A stretch of 64,000 nt of DNA. Source: Leptonemataceae bacterium (lineage in GTDB: Bacteria > Spirochaetota > Leptospiria > Leptospirales > Leptonemataceae). Each line of letters opens with the position of its first letter. Position 1 is the stretch's first letter. Location: the NCBI GenBank assembly GCA_965227295.1, contig OZ245742.1:2080001-2144000 (forward strand). The letters run 5' to 3'. Below are positions 38,509 to 47,891 of this stretch, piece by piece. The notes beneath the pieces were generated by a model that ran no database searches, was not told the origin of the DNA, and saw nothing but the letters and a program-made list of their open reading frames with translations. The translations under genes and the position numbers were made by a program.

Positions 38509-40989
38509 ATGTTGATGTATTTGTACCGTATCGTCGCGCCGGGCTGTCTTTGTCTGGCGCTGGTGTGCGGTTGTTCGCAGCGGGAAGCACCGGCGGCCGC
38601 GAACGGTCGACTGGATCTGCGAGGCGTGGATCTACAGGACGGAGATGCGGTCCGCCTCAACGGTGAGTGGGTCTATACTCCCGCCGATCACGTTCCAGGC
38701 TACGCCGTCGTACCGCACGCCTTTGCCGACGGAATCGAACGGGCCGAATATCAACTGGAAGTACTGCTGGATCCAGGCCAGGTCGGGGAAAACCTGGCCG
38801 TCGGGATTTCTACGATGGGCACGGCCTACGAGCTTCGGAGCGGAACGAAGATCATCGCCGCGAGTGGTACCGTGGGTACGTCGAAGCAAAGTACGCGTCC
38901 GGGGTTTCGTCCGGTGGTCTCTGCTGTTCCCGTGCAGGCCTTCGTCGAAAGAGACAAGCACGTCGTGCTCCCGCTGACCTTAACGGTCGCGAACTTTCAC
39001 TGGCGGCGCGGCGGCTTTGATACGCCGATTCACCTCGGCCGACGCGAGCAACTTGAAAAGCGGCAGGCCTATCGTTTTGCCGGAGATCTCTTCTTCGCGG
39101 GAGCGGTTTGCATCATGGGCGCGTACCATCTTGTGCTCTATGTCATGCGGCGTTCGTCGGCGCTCTTCTGGTTCGGAGCGAGCTGTCTCTTCCTGTCCCT
39201 GCGCGGTCTTCTGTCCGGAGAGCGCTTCTTATCGCTGGTCTTTCCCGTAGAGTGGGATTGGTACATCACGGCCGAGCTGATCAGCATCTACGCGGCGTGG
39301 CCGTTGTACGTCACCTATCTCGGCGCCATCTTTCCTTCGCTTACGCACCGCTCCGTTGTGCGAACGGTGCAGCTCTTCGGCGCTGTTCTCGTGGCCGGTT
39401 CGCTCGTGGTACCCACGCGCATCTTTTCCTGGAGCGTCCTGCCGTTTGAGATCGCCGTCATTGCCACCGCGGTATACGCGGTCGTGGTGTTTGCGCGTGC
39501 CTGGAGGCGCGGCTTTCCTGGGGGCGGTGTGGTGTTCGCCGGGTTTGTGATCTTCTTTGCCGCTATTCTAAACGACATCCTTCAGGAACGCGGCTGGATT
39601 CAGAGCATCTATATCGTGCAGGGCGGTTTCTTCGCATTCATCTTTTCCCAGGCGTATCTGCTGGCGCAGCAGTACGCGGCCGCCTTTCGCCGCGCGGAGC
39701 GTTTGTCGGCGGACCTTGAGTCGAAGGTCATCGAACGTACCCGGGAACTGGAACAGATCAACGCCTTCGCCCGGGAGATCAACACTTCCGAGTCGCTGGA
39801 CGACGTACTCGAACAGATCTTCGAATACATCGAAGCAAACTTCGGTATCGAAGCGACGTTCTTACAGTTCTACAGCGCAACGGACAACGAACTCTACTAT
39901 CACGGCTGTTCACGTTCCGCCCGTCTGCGACCGGAAACCGTCGCCATGCTCCAAGAGCTGCGAATTCCCATGGACGAGTCCGGCGGTTTCTTTGCCATGA
40001 CGTTTCATAGACGTAAGCCGTTCTACCTGTCCCGCACCGACATGGATATCGAGCACGAGTACGATCGGCGCGTGGTCCGCGGTATGGGAGTGACCTCGTT
40101 CCTGCTCGTCCCGCTCACGGTCCGCGACAACGTCATCGCGCTGATTTCGTTTACGAGTTTCGTGCGGCGTATGCAGCTTACGAAGAAGGACATTCGCTCC
40201 ATCGCCGGTTTCTGCGAACAGGTCGCCGGGGCCATCCACGGTTCTTCGTTGCTCGCGCAGGTCCAGGAGCAGCGCCGGCGCACGGAACATTTGCTGTTGA
40301 ACATCCTGCCGGCGGAAGTCGCCGAGGAACTGAAACAACACGGCGTGGCCGAGCCCGTTTACTTCGAGCAGGTCACGGTCATGTTCACGGACTTCAAAGG
40401 TTTCACCCACGTGAGCGAAACTTTGACTCCGCAGCAGTTAGTCGGCGAACTGGATCGCTGTTTCTCGTACTTCGATGCGGTGAGTGAACGGTACGGCCTC
40501 GAAAAATTGAAAACGATCGGAGATTCGTACATGTGCGCCGGGGGCATCCCGCGCCCGAACGATACGCACGTCGTCGATACTCTGCTTGCGGCTCTGGAAA
40601 TTCAGGCGTTTATGGATCAGCTTCGCGAACTGAAACAGCAGGCCGGCGAACCGTACTGGGAATTGCGCATCGGTGTGCACACGGGGCCGCTGGTGGCCGG
40701 GGTCATCGGCGAAAAGAAGTTCGCCTACGATGTGTGGGGAGACACGGTGAATACCGCCAGCCGCATGGAATCATCCGGCGTGCCCGGCCGCGTCAACGTT
40801 TCCGGCAGTGTCTACCAGGCCGTGGAGCATCTCTTCGTCTTCGAGCATCGCGGTCCGATCAACGCCAAGAACAAAGGCGCCATCGACATGTACTTTCTTC
40901 AGGGCATTCGCCCGGAACTTTCCCGGGACGGTGACGGTCGGACTCCGAACGCAAGTTTCGAAACCCTGCGCGCACGCGGACGCTCTTAG
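38509..40989 (+). CDS. Adenylate/guanylate cyclase with 7TM-DISM-like sensor and GAF domain
   Basis: LNGEW, 7 TM stretch, LLLNILP, FTDFKGFT, KTIGDSYM, YDVWGDTVNTASRMES. Confidence 0.92.
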   Translation: MLMYLYRIVAPGCLCLALVCGCSQREAPAAANGRLDLRGVDLQDGDAVRLNGEWVYTPADHVPGYAVVPHAFADGIERAEYQLEVLLDPGQVGENLAVGISTMGTAYELRSGTKIIAASGTVGTSKQSTRPGFRPVVSAVPVQAFVERDKHVVLPLTLTVANFHWRRGGFDTPIHLGRREQLEKRQAYRFAGDLFFAGAVCIMGAYHLVLYVMRRSSALFWFGASCLFLSLRGLLSGERFLSLVFPVEWDWYITAELISIYAAWPLYVTYLGAIFPSLTHRSVVRTVQLFGAVLVAGSLVVPTRIFSWSVLPFEIAVIATAVYAVVVFARAWRRGFPGGGVVFAGFVIFFAAILNDILQERGWIQSIYIVQGGFFAFIFSQAYLLAQQYAAAFRRAERLSADLESKVIERTRELEQINAFAREINTSESLDDVLEQIFEYIEANFGIEATFLQFYSATDNELYYHGCSRSARLRPETVAMLQELRIPMDESGGFFAMTFHRRKPFYLSRTDMDIEHEYDRRVVRGMGVTSFLLVPLTVRDNVIALISFTSFVRRMQLTKKDIRSIAGFCEQVAGAIHGSSLLAQVQEQRRRTEHLLLNILPAEVAEELKQHGVAEPVYFEQVTVMFTDFKGFTHVSETLTPQQLVGELDRCFSYFDAVSERYGLEKLKTIGDSYMCAGGIPRPNDTHVVDTLLAALEIQAFMDQLRELKQQAGEPYWELRIGVHTGPLVAGVIGEKKFAYDVWGDTVNTASRMESSGVPGRVNVSGSVYQAVEHLFVFEHRGPINAKNKGAIDMYFLQGIRPELSRDGDGRTPNASFETLRARGRS

Positions 40990-41327
40990 ATCGCGCTCGC
41001 GCCGCGTTCTCCGGTGCGGATGCGGACGCATTCGTCCATGGGCAGCACGAAGATCTTACCGTCGCCGATGCGCCCGCCTTCGGAACGTGCCGCGTCGCAG
41101 ATGGCGTCGATGGCCGAGTCCACGTACTCGTCGTTCACGGCGATTTCCAGGCGCACCTTGCGCACCATGCGCACAAGCTCGGTACCGCGATAGACTTCTT
41201 TGTAGCCCTTCTGCTGGCCGTAACCCTGTACGTCTCCTACGGTCAATCGATAGATCTCGTTCTTGTTTAGAGTGTCTTTCACCTCTTCGAGTTTGTGGGG
41301 CTGTATGATAGCAACGATATATTTCAC
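40986..41327 (-). CDS. P-II nitrogen regulatory protein (no Tyr51 equivalent)
   Basis: [31 protein letters not shown]. Confidence 0.93.
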   Translation of the reverse strand: MKYIVAIIQPHKLEEVKDTLNKNEIYRLTVGDVQGYGQQKGYKEVYRGTELVRMVRKVRLEIAVNDEYVDSAIDAICDAARSEGGRIGDGKIFVLPMDECVRIRTGERGASAI

Positions 41328-41460
41328 GATAGACGCTCCTCAAAACAGAAAGCCCCCCGCGTTACCGCGGAGGGCCGATGGTTTTCCTTAAGTGGATCGG
41401 AACGAGCCTTAGCCGTAAAACAAGACCCGCCCGATAACTCAACAATTCACACGGCGGATC

Positions 41461-41505
41461 GCCTGCTCCGGAGGCCCGCTTTATCGCGGGCCGGAGCGAG
41501 CAGGC
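41461..41505. terminator. GC hairpin between the two P-II genes
   Basis: GCCTGCTC..GGCCCGC / GCGGGCC..GAGCAGGC nested inverted repeat. Confidence 0.45.
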
Positions 41506-41507
41506 AA

Positions 41508-41849
41508 TCAGCCGATTGCTTCTTTACCGCGTTCGCCGGTACGGATGCGCACTGCGTCCACCAGGTCGGCAATGAAGATCTTGCCGTCACCGATGTTGCC
41601 GGTGCGCGCACCGTCACAGATTGCTTTCACGGTTTTTTCGACGAAGTCGTCGTTAATGGCGATCTCTATAGCGACCTTTTTCAACAGGTTCACTTCGTAG
41701 ACCGTTCCACGATAACCTTCCGGGAATCCCTTCTGGTTACCGCAGCCCATTGCCGTGGTTACAGTCATTTTGGTCACACCGGCTTTCGTCAGTGATTCCT
41801 TTACGTCCGTCAGCTTATGCGGCTGAATAATGGCATGCACTAATTTCAT
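41508..41849 (-). CDS. glnK: P-II nitrogen regulatory protein linked to amtB
   Basis: YRGTVYEV T-loop, [17 protein letters not shown]; immediately downstream of amtB. Confidence 0.88.
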   Translation of the reverse strand: MKLVHAIIQPHKLTDVKESLTKAGVTKMTVTTAMGCGNQKGFPEGYRGTVYEVNLLKKVAIEIAINDDFVEKTVKAICDGARTGNIGDGKIFIADLVDAVRIRTGERGKEAIG

Positions 41850-41876
41850 AGGCTTCCTCCTTTATTACAGACCCTC

Positions 41877-43268
41877 TCAGGTCAGGTCGAAGATCTGGAA
41901 GCCACTGTATGCTTCCTGACCGTGTTCGCCGATATCCAGACCTTTCAGTTCTTCGTCCAGCGGAACCCGCAGGCCGATGGTGAACTTCAGGATCAGGAAG
42001 AGGACCAGCGCGAAGGGGAATGCCAGTATTGCGGCGAAGAATACGCCGTACAACTGTAGCATAAACGTGTGCTCCGGGTTCATCGAGAAGATGCCCACAG
42101 CCAGCGTGCCCCAGATACCGCAAACGAGGTGCACGGAAATCGCGCCCACCGGATCGTCCAGCTTGAGGCTGTCGAACAAGAGCACGGAACCGACCACGAT
42201 CGCACCGGCGATGATGCCTACCCAGAACGCGTTCATTACACCGATAGTGTCAGCGCCGGCGGTGATGCCCACGAGACCGGCGAGAGCGCCGTTCAGAGAC
42301 ATCGAGAGGTCCGGTTTGCCGCTGACGATCCAGGAGACTGCCATGGCGCCGATAACGCCGGCTGCCGCCGCGATGTTCGTCGTAACGAGCGTGAAAGAGG
42401 TAAGTTCCGGATCAGCAGACAGCACGGAGCCGCCGTTGAATCCGAACCAGCCTAACCAGAGCAGAAAGACACCGATGGTGGCCAGCGGCATGGAAGAGCC
42501 GGTAATCGGCTTAATGCCTGCCGGTGTATACTTACCGGCGCGCGGTCCAAGAATGATGACACCTGCGAGAGCGCCCCAGCCGCCGACGGAGTGAACCAGC
42601 GTCGATCCGGCGAAGTCGTAGAATCCCCAGGCGTCGAGGAATCCACCGCCCCATTTCCAGCTACCGATGATCGGATAGCAAATCGCTACGAAGATCACCG
42701 AGAAAATCATGAACGCCGGCAGTTTGATCCGCTCGGCAACGGCACCAGAAACGATCGTCGCGCCCGTAGCCGCGAACATCGCCTGGAACAGATAGTCGGT
42801 CCACCAGGTGTAACCGCCGTCAGCGTAGCCCGGGGTCATACCGCCGTCAGGCGCTGCGATACCCCATCCGGCGAAGCCGATGACTCCGTCCATGATGGTG
42901 AAATCACCCGGATACATTAAGTTAAAGCCCATCAGTGCGTAGGTGAGAATACCACAGGCAATAATGAACGTGTTCTTAAAGAGAATGTTGACCGTGTTTT
43001 TGGCCTGGGTCATGCCCGTCTCGAGCGTCGCGAAGCCGAGGTGCATAATAAACACCAGCAGCGTGGCGACCATCATCCAGACGTTGTTGGCCACGAACAC
43101 GCCCTGCTCAAAGGCTTCCTCTTCCGCCGGAGCGGGAGCAGCCTCCTCAGTAACCGCGGCCTCGTCCTGGGCGAACAGAGGATCGCTCAGGCCGGAAAGC
43201 GCGATGACTGCAGGAGCAAGCATCAACGCGGCCATCAAGTAAGACAGCCATTTAGCTTTCCTCGTCAT
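41877..43268 (-). CDS. amtB: Ammonium transporter
   Basis: FQAMFAAT, SGAVAER, DFAGSTLVH, WFGFNGGS, DDPVGAISVH; AAGGAG RBS before ATG 43268. Confidence 0.95.
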   Translation of the reverse strand: MTRKAKWLSYLMAALMLAPAVIALSGLSDPLFAQDEAAVTEEAAPAPAEEEAFEQGVFVANNVWMMVATLLVFIMHLGFATLETGMTQAKNTVNILFKNTFIIACGILTYALMGFNLMYPGDFTIMDGVIGFAGWGIAAPDGGMTPGYADGGYTWWTDYLFQAMFAATGATIVSGAVAERIKLPAFMIFSVIFVAICYPIIGSWKWGGGFLDAWGFYDFAGSTLVHSVGGWGALAGVIILGPRAGKYTPAGIKPITGSSMPLATIGVFLLWLGWFGFNGGSVLSADPELTSFTLVTTNIAAAAGVIGAMAVSWIVSGKPDLSMSLNGALAGLVGITAGADTIGVMNAFWVGIIAGAIVVGSVLLFDSLKLDDPVGAISVHLVCGIWGTLAVGIFSMNPEHTFMLQLYGVFFAAILAFPFALVLFLILKFTIGLRVPLDEELKGLDIGEHGQEAYSGFQIFDLT

Positions 43269-43374
43269 ATAATACTCCTTCCAGTTCTTCATTGTGTGTA
43301 TTGCCTCGAAAAGCGGCCAGGATGCGTCGAATCCGGGCATTTTCGAAGAATTACAAAAACTTGCGTATCGAGTA

Positions 43375-43390
43375 AGCAAACACCGGGCCA
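43375..43390 (-). promoter_or_regulatory. Sigma54 -24/-12 promoter of amtB-glnK
   Basis: Minus strand TGGCCCGGTGTTTGCT fits TGGC-N7-TTGC; about 105 bp upstream of amtB. Confidence 0.75.
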
Positions 43391-43659
43391 GGTCGAAGGT
43401 TATTCACAGAAAAACCGATGCTCCCGGGGCAAACTGCCTGTACGGCGTGCTGAACCATGTTTCAGCCCACTGCGTGACACCGAAACCTGCGACTTACGCG
43501 AGCAAACTGTGGGAATTGAGACCCGGGACAATCCAGGCAGATTGCTGAGAGAGAAAGCAGAATTGCCGATGTGCTTAGAATATATGCGAAATGCACGCTC
43601 CTTGAGCGGTGCCGGTTTCTCGGGCAAGCCGATCGACACGGTGCAAGGGCGGCACCAGG

Positions 43660-44754
43660 TTAAGGATGAATGATCCCGAGGGTTTGCAGCGCGTCGCTGA
43701 ATCGGGCGTAGGTTCTGCTCAAATCAAAGTATTGCAACCGTTCGCGTTGGCCGTGCAGGATGCCGTCGCGCAGATCGGGGCGTTCCAGAATTTCCCGCAT
43801 CATTTCGGCGACGCGCGCATAGTCCTTTTCGTGGAACAGTACGCCGCTGTCGCCCAGGGTCTCGGGAATTACGGAAGACGCATACGCGAGCACCGGCACA
43901 TCGAAGTACATGCATTCCACGAGCGGCACGAAAAAGCCCTCGTGTTCGCTCATGGACAAAAACAAGTGCGCCTTCTTGTAGTACGTGCGGATCTCGTCCT
44001 GGCTCACCATGCCCGTGAAGAAGATGTCGTTTTCAAGGCCGAGTTCCCGCGTTAAGTTGAACAGCTCCGCCGTGTAGCCGCGCACGCCCGGATGAAACGT
44101 GCCCACCATGATCAAACGTGACCGCGGTTCGAGTTGTTTGTAGTAATAAAACGCCTTGATCAAGTCCTGGTGTCTCTTGTTCGGGAAGATGCGCCCCACG
44201 AACAGGATGTTCTTGCGCCCGTCGTCCAGGAAACGCAAATGATGGGTGTCGTCGGCGTCCGGTTGATTCCAGGTCTCCCACTCGATGGCCACGGGCATCA
44301 CGCGCACGTTCTGGAAACCCAGTTCGCGCAAGTCCCCGGCGTTGTACTCGGAGTCCGCCAGGCAAATCTCGAAATGGTGCGACAGTTCTCTTAACTTACC
44401 TCTGGTAATTGTTAGCTGGTCGGCGATCGTGCGATTGTACGGGCGCACGAATTCCGGCGGCGTGGTGTTGTGGTGCACCAGGACCTTGCGGGCCGGGAAG
44501 CGGTGGATCTCGTTCAAGAAGTCCGAGTAAAACGAGTGATGATAAATCAAGATCGCGTCCCGGCGCTTATGATAGTGCTGGAAGTGCATGACCAGCTCGG
44601 CGTCGCGTTCTTGAAAGTGCTGGCAGTAAATGTTCGAAGGATAGCCCAGGCGCCGCAGAAAGTCCTGGAGGATCAGGGCCTCGCTGGAGATGGCGTCCCC
44701 GACGGCGAAACCCGCGGTGAACTGATCAATCGCTGCGACGGAACTCTGCGCCAT
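43660..44754 (-). CDS. Glycosyltransferase family 4
   Basis: GDAIS, HNTTP, LFVGRIFPNK, SEHEGFFVPLVE. Confidence 0.92.
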   Translation of the reverse strand: MAQSSVAAIDQFTAGFAVGDAISSEALILQDFLRRLGYPSNIYCQHFQERDAELVMHFQHYHKRRDAILIYHHSFYSDFLNEIHRFPARKVLVHHNTTPPEFVRPYNRTIADQLTITRGKLRELSHHFEICLADSEYNAGDLRELGFQNVRVMPVAIEWETWNQPDADDTHHLRFLDDGRKNILFVGRIFPNKRHQDLIKAFYYYKQLEPRSRLIMVGTFHPGVRGYTAELFNLTRELGLENDIFFTGMVSQDEIRTYYKKAHLFLSMSEHEGFFVPLVECMYFDVPVLAYASSVIPETLGDSGVLFHEKDYARVAEMMREILERPDLRDGILHGQRERLQYFDLSRTYARFSDALQTLGIIHP

Positions 44755-44757
44755 CGT

Positions 44758-45219
44758 TTAGATCGGAGGCGTGTACTCGCGGACTTCGACACAGTTGCCG
44801 TCTTCTTCGTAGGCCCGGCGGACGCCGTCGCAGTTGTCGGCCTGGGCGCTGACCGCGTCGGCGCAGCGTCCGTAGGCTTCGTACAGCCGGGCCTCTTCCG
44901 GGCCGAACGGTGCCCGGGCGTTCGAAAGATCCGGGCTGGTCGAGGGCACGCCGATGAGCCGGTACTGTTCTTCGCGGCAGAGGTCCCGGGTCATGCGGCC
45001 GAGGACCATGTCCCGACGCTCCGGTTCGGCGGCCAGGCGCCTGGCGGTGTCGGCCTTGATGCATTCCACCACCGCCCGGCACAGGCGATCGGCGTGTTGA
45101 TAATAGCGGAGCTTCACGGCCTCGGGCACGTTCGGTCGACGCTTGCATCCGGCGGGCGCGAGCGTGAGGGCGAAGAGTGAGAGTAAGATGATGAGACGAT
45201 GTGGCACGGCGGCAAGCAT
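44758..45219 (-). CDS. Cys-rich lipoprotein, hypothetical
   Basis: Signal ending APAGC; six further Cys. Confidence 0.6.
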   Translation of the reverse strand: MLAAVPHRLIILLSLFALTLAPAGCKRRPNVPEAVKLRYYQHADRLCRAVVECIKADTARRLAAEPERRDMVLGRMTRDLCREEQYRLIGVPSTSPDLSNARAPFGPEEARLYEAYGRCADAVSAQADNCDGVRRAYEEDGNCVEVREYTPPI

Positions 45220-45370
45220 GGACGGCGCCCGCGGGCGTACCGGGGAGCGTCTGAGAGAGCGCGCTCCCGATCAAGCAAGAATCGCGGGGAATTATGAATT
45301 GACGCGGCCTTCTTGCGGACGGACGTGTCTGTAATCCCCGCGCCTCCGATCGCGTCCATCGAAAGCCCTT

Positions 45371-46678
45371 ATGAGTTCATCCAAATCCGCCTCCGGCACC
45401 AGCAAAATCCTCCCGCTCATCGGCCTGGCCGTCGCCGTGATTGCACTCGTCATCTCCGGCATGCTCGTCTGCAAACACGAGGGCGTCTGCTCCGCCAGCA
45501 TGGGTTGCACCATCGGCAACGTGGACGGCTGTTCGGAACTGGGCAAGAGTTCCTACTCGAAGCTCTTCGGCCTGGTGCACATTGCCTGGCTGGGTTTCTT
45601 CTACTATGCGTTCATGTCCGTGAGCTTTCTGTTATTGTATCTGCGCGCGGACGATCGCGAGAACCGGCCCGCGGCGCTCACGCTGCTCATGGCCGCCGCG
45701 GTCTTCGGTTTCGTCTTCGATCTGTTCCTGGCCTACACGAACTTCTTCGTGCTGGTCGTGCCGTGTGTACTCTGCGGTTACACTTACATCTGCCAGCTCG
45801 GCGTGCTGATCATCTCCGCTCTGCTGTACGTGAACGGCACCAGAGACGGCCAGGGCGGCAAGCTCGGCGATCTCAGCAAGGGGGGCGTGGCCCTGTGGCC
45901 GTCTCTGGCCGGCGGCATGGTTTCCATTCTCGTGTTGATGATCATCCTCTCCATGATCGCCGGCGGTGGCTCCGGCAACGGCAACGGAGAGGACGGCGAC
46001 AACTTCCTGGCGAACGTCGCATCCGCAGAAGTGCGCACGCAGCGGTTGCGCGAATTGCGCGCGTTCAAGACGGTGGACTTGAACACCCGCGGCCTCGACA
46101 ACGTCGTTGGTCAGGATACGGCCTTCATCAGCATTCATGAGTGGGCGGACTTCCGTTGCCCGCACTGTCTGCACACCCACGAAATGGTTCGCGCCGCCCA
46201 GCGTCGCTGGCCCGGTCGCATCAAGGTCTACTATCGCCACTTTCCGCTGGACGGGGCATGCAACCCGCTCATGGAAGGACAGCGCGGCGGCTTCTCCTGC
46301 AACGGCGCTCAGGCGGCCATTTGCGCGCCGCAGCAGAACATCTTCGACGGCGTCTATCATGGTATCTTCGAATTTCAAAAAACGCGCACGAACATTACAC
46401 CGGCCACGTTGCAAAAACTCGTGGAAGGCCTCGGCGGCAACTGGTCGTCCATGGTCAACTGCATGGGCAGCCCGGCCACGGTGCAAAAGCTGAATCGCGA
46501 CATCAACGCCGCGAAGGACCTGGACATCCAGTCCACGCCCCAGGTCGTACTGAACGGCCACGTCCTGCCGCCGGGCACGCCGAATCCGCAATTCTTCTTC
46601 GCGGTCATCGATTCCCTGGTGGTGGAGAAAGAAGGCCAGGCCGCCGTCGACGACTTCAACGCGCGCAAGAGCCGCTAA
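45371..46678 (+). CDS. VKOR-family membrane domain fused to DsbA/thioredoxin domain
   Basis: C..GC..S.YS..FG, CVLC in TM region; DFRCPHC, RHFPL..CN, STP. Confidence 0.88.
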   Translation: MSSSKSASGTSKILPLIGLAVAVIALVISGMLVCKHEGVCSASMGCTIGNVDGCSELGKSSYSKLFGLVHIAWLGFFYYAFMSVSFLLLYLRADDRENRPAALTLLMAAAVFGFVFDLFLAYTNFFVLVVPCVLCGYTYICQLGVLIISALLYVNGTRDGQGGKLGDLSKGGVALWPSLAGGMVSILVLMIILSMIAGGGSGNGNGEDGDNFLANVASAEVRTQRLRELRAFKTVDLNTRGLDNVVGQDTAFISIHEWADFRCPHCLHTHEMVRAAQRRWPGRIKVYYRHFPLDGACNPLMEGQRGGFSCNGAQAAICAPQQNIFDGVYHGIFEFQKTRTNITPATLQKLVEGLGGNWSSMVNCMGSPATVQKLNRDINAAKDLDIQSTPQVVLNGHVLPPGTPNPQFFFAVIDSLVVEKEGQAAVDDFNARKSR

Positions 46679-46697
46679 CTTTTAGCAAACTTAGATT

Positions 46698-47162
46698 ATG
46701 AAAGAGATCCGCGGAGGAAAATCAGGGCAGGGTCAGCGGCACGCCGTTGTCGTCAGCAAGTGGAACGATTTCATCACCGGTCGTCTGCTGGAGGGCGCGC
46801 AGGGCGCGCTGCTCGAACACGGCGTGGATGCGGACGATGTGCACGTCGTCTACGCCCCGGGCGCTTACGAGCTCGGTCCCGTGGCCCGCAAACTGGCGGA
46901 CACCGGACGTTACGACGCCATTAGTTGCCTGGGCTGTGTCATCCGGGGGGCGACGGCGCACTTCGACTACGTGGCCGGCCAGGCCGCCCGGCTCATTGCC
47001 CAGGCGAGTTACGATTCCGGTATCCCGGTCATCTTCGGTGTCATCACGACGGATACGATCGAGCAGGCCATTGAGCGGGCGGGTACGAAGCTCGGCAACA
47101 AAGGCTACGAAGCCGCCGCCACGGCCGTGGAGATGGTGAATCTGTATCGGAACATCGGGTGA
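46698..47162 (+). CDS. ribH: 6,7-dimethyl-8-ribityllumazine synthase
   Basis: PGAYE, LGCVIRGATAHFDYV, IEQAIERAGTK.GNKG. Confidence 0.96.
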   Translation: MKEIRGGKSGQGQRHAVVVSKWNDFITGRLLEGAQGALLEHGVDADDVHVVYAPGAYELGPVARKLADTGRYDAISCLGCVIRGATAHFDYVAGQAARLIAQASYDSGIPVIFGVITTDTIEQAIERAGTKLGNKGYEAAATAVEMVNLYRNIG

Positions 47163-47174
47163 AGAGGTTTGGAA

Positions 47175-47313
47175 CTCCGAGGACCGAGGAGCCGAGGGGA
47201 AGATTCTAGAGAAGAAATAAACTGAGTCTTACTGAACGATCGCGTTCGTAGTGTGCAAGCGTGCAGCTTCCGCCAACCCTCCCAAAAAACCCTCGGTCCC
47301 TCGGTCCTCGGAG
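47175..47313. mobile_element. MITE-like element copy C
   Basis: CTCCGAGGACCGAGG ... CCTCGGTCCTCGGAG between ribH and nusB. Confidence 0.7.
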
Positions 47314-47354
47314 TCTAAAACCGACCTCCGGCAACGCAAAATTGTACTGTACAA

Positions 47355-47891
47355 ATGTCCCCGGCTCGTAGACATAAGAAGCGGGCTTCGAAAAAGAAGC
47401 CGAAACACCCGCATTCCCACGCGCGGGAGGTGGCATTGCAGGCGCTGTATCAGATCACCGTGGCGGACCGGCCCATTGAGGAGGTCCTGCGCTTCGGCTG
47501 GCTCAACCGGCCCATGGCCGACGACGCCCAATCGCACGCCGTGCGTCTCGTCCGCGAGGTGGAGGCGCGCGAGACCGACCTGGATCGCCGCATCTCCGCC
47601 CTGTCCCACAAGGATCTCAGTCAAATCTCCAGCATCATCCGCTCCATCCTGCGCATGGGCATCGCCGAACTCCAGGCCGCGCAATCGGCACCGGCCGTGC
47701 TCATCGACGACCTGTTGAATCTGACGAGGGTCTACGACGGCGACGAGTCCGTACCGTTCGTGAACGGCATCCTCGACGCCCACGTGCACGATAAAATCTC
47801 CCCGCACAATCCTCCCGCCGCCGACGACAGCCCGGTGCGCTTCGAGGATCTCTTCGCCTCCGGGGACGGGGAACCGGAGCCGGAAGCATGA
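47355..47891 (+). CDS. nusB: Transcription antitermination factor
   Basis: AREVALQALYQ, RSILRMG, FVNGILD; follows ribH. Confidence 0.9.
   Translation: MSPARRHKKRASKKKPKHPHSHAREVALQALYQITVADRPIEEVLRFGWLNRPMADDAQSHAVRLVREVEARETDLDRRISALSHKDLSQISSIIRSILRMGIAELQAAQSAPAVLIDDLLNLTRVYDGDESVPFVNGILDAHVHDKISPHNPPAADDSPVRFEDLFASGDGEPEPEA

Noticed and set aside
46678..46698. FMN riboswitch before ribH
   Set aside because: Only about 20 bp of intergenic space
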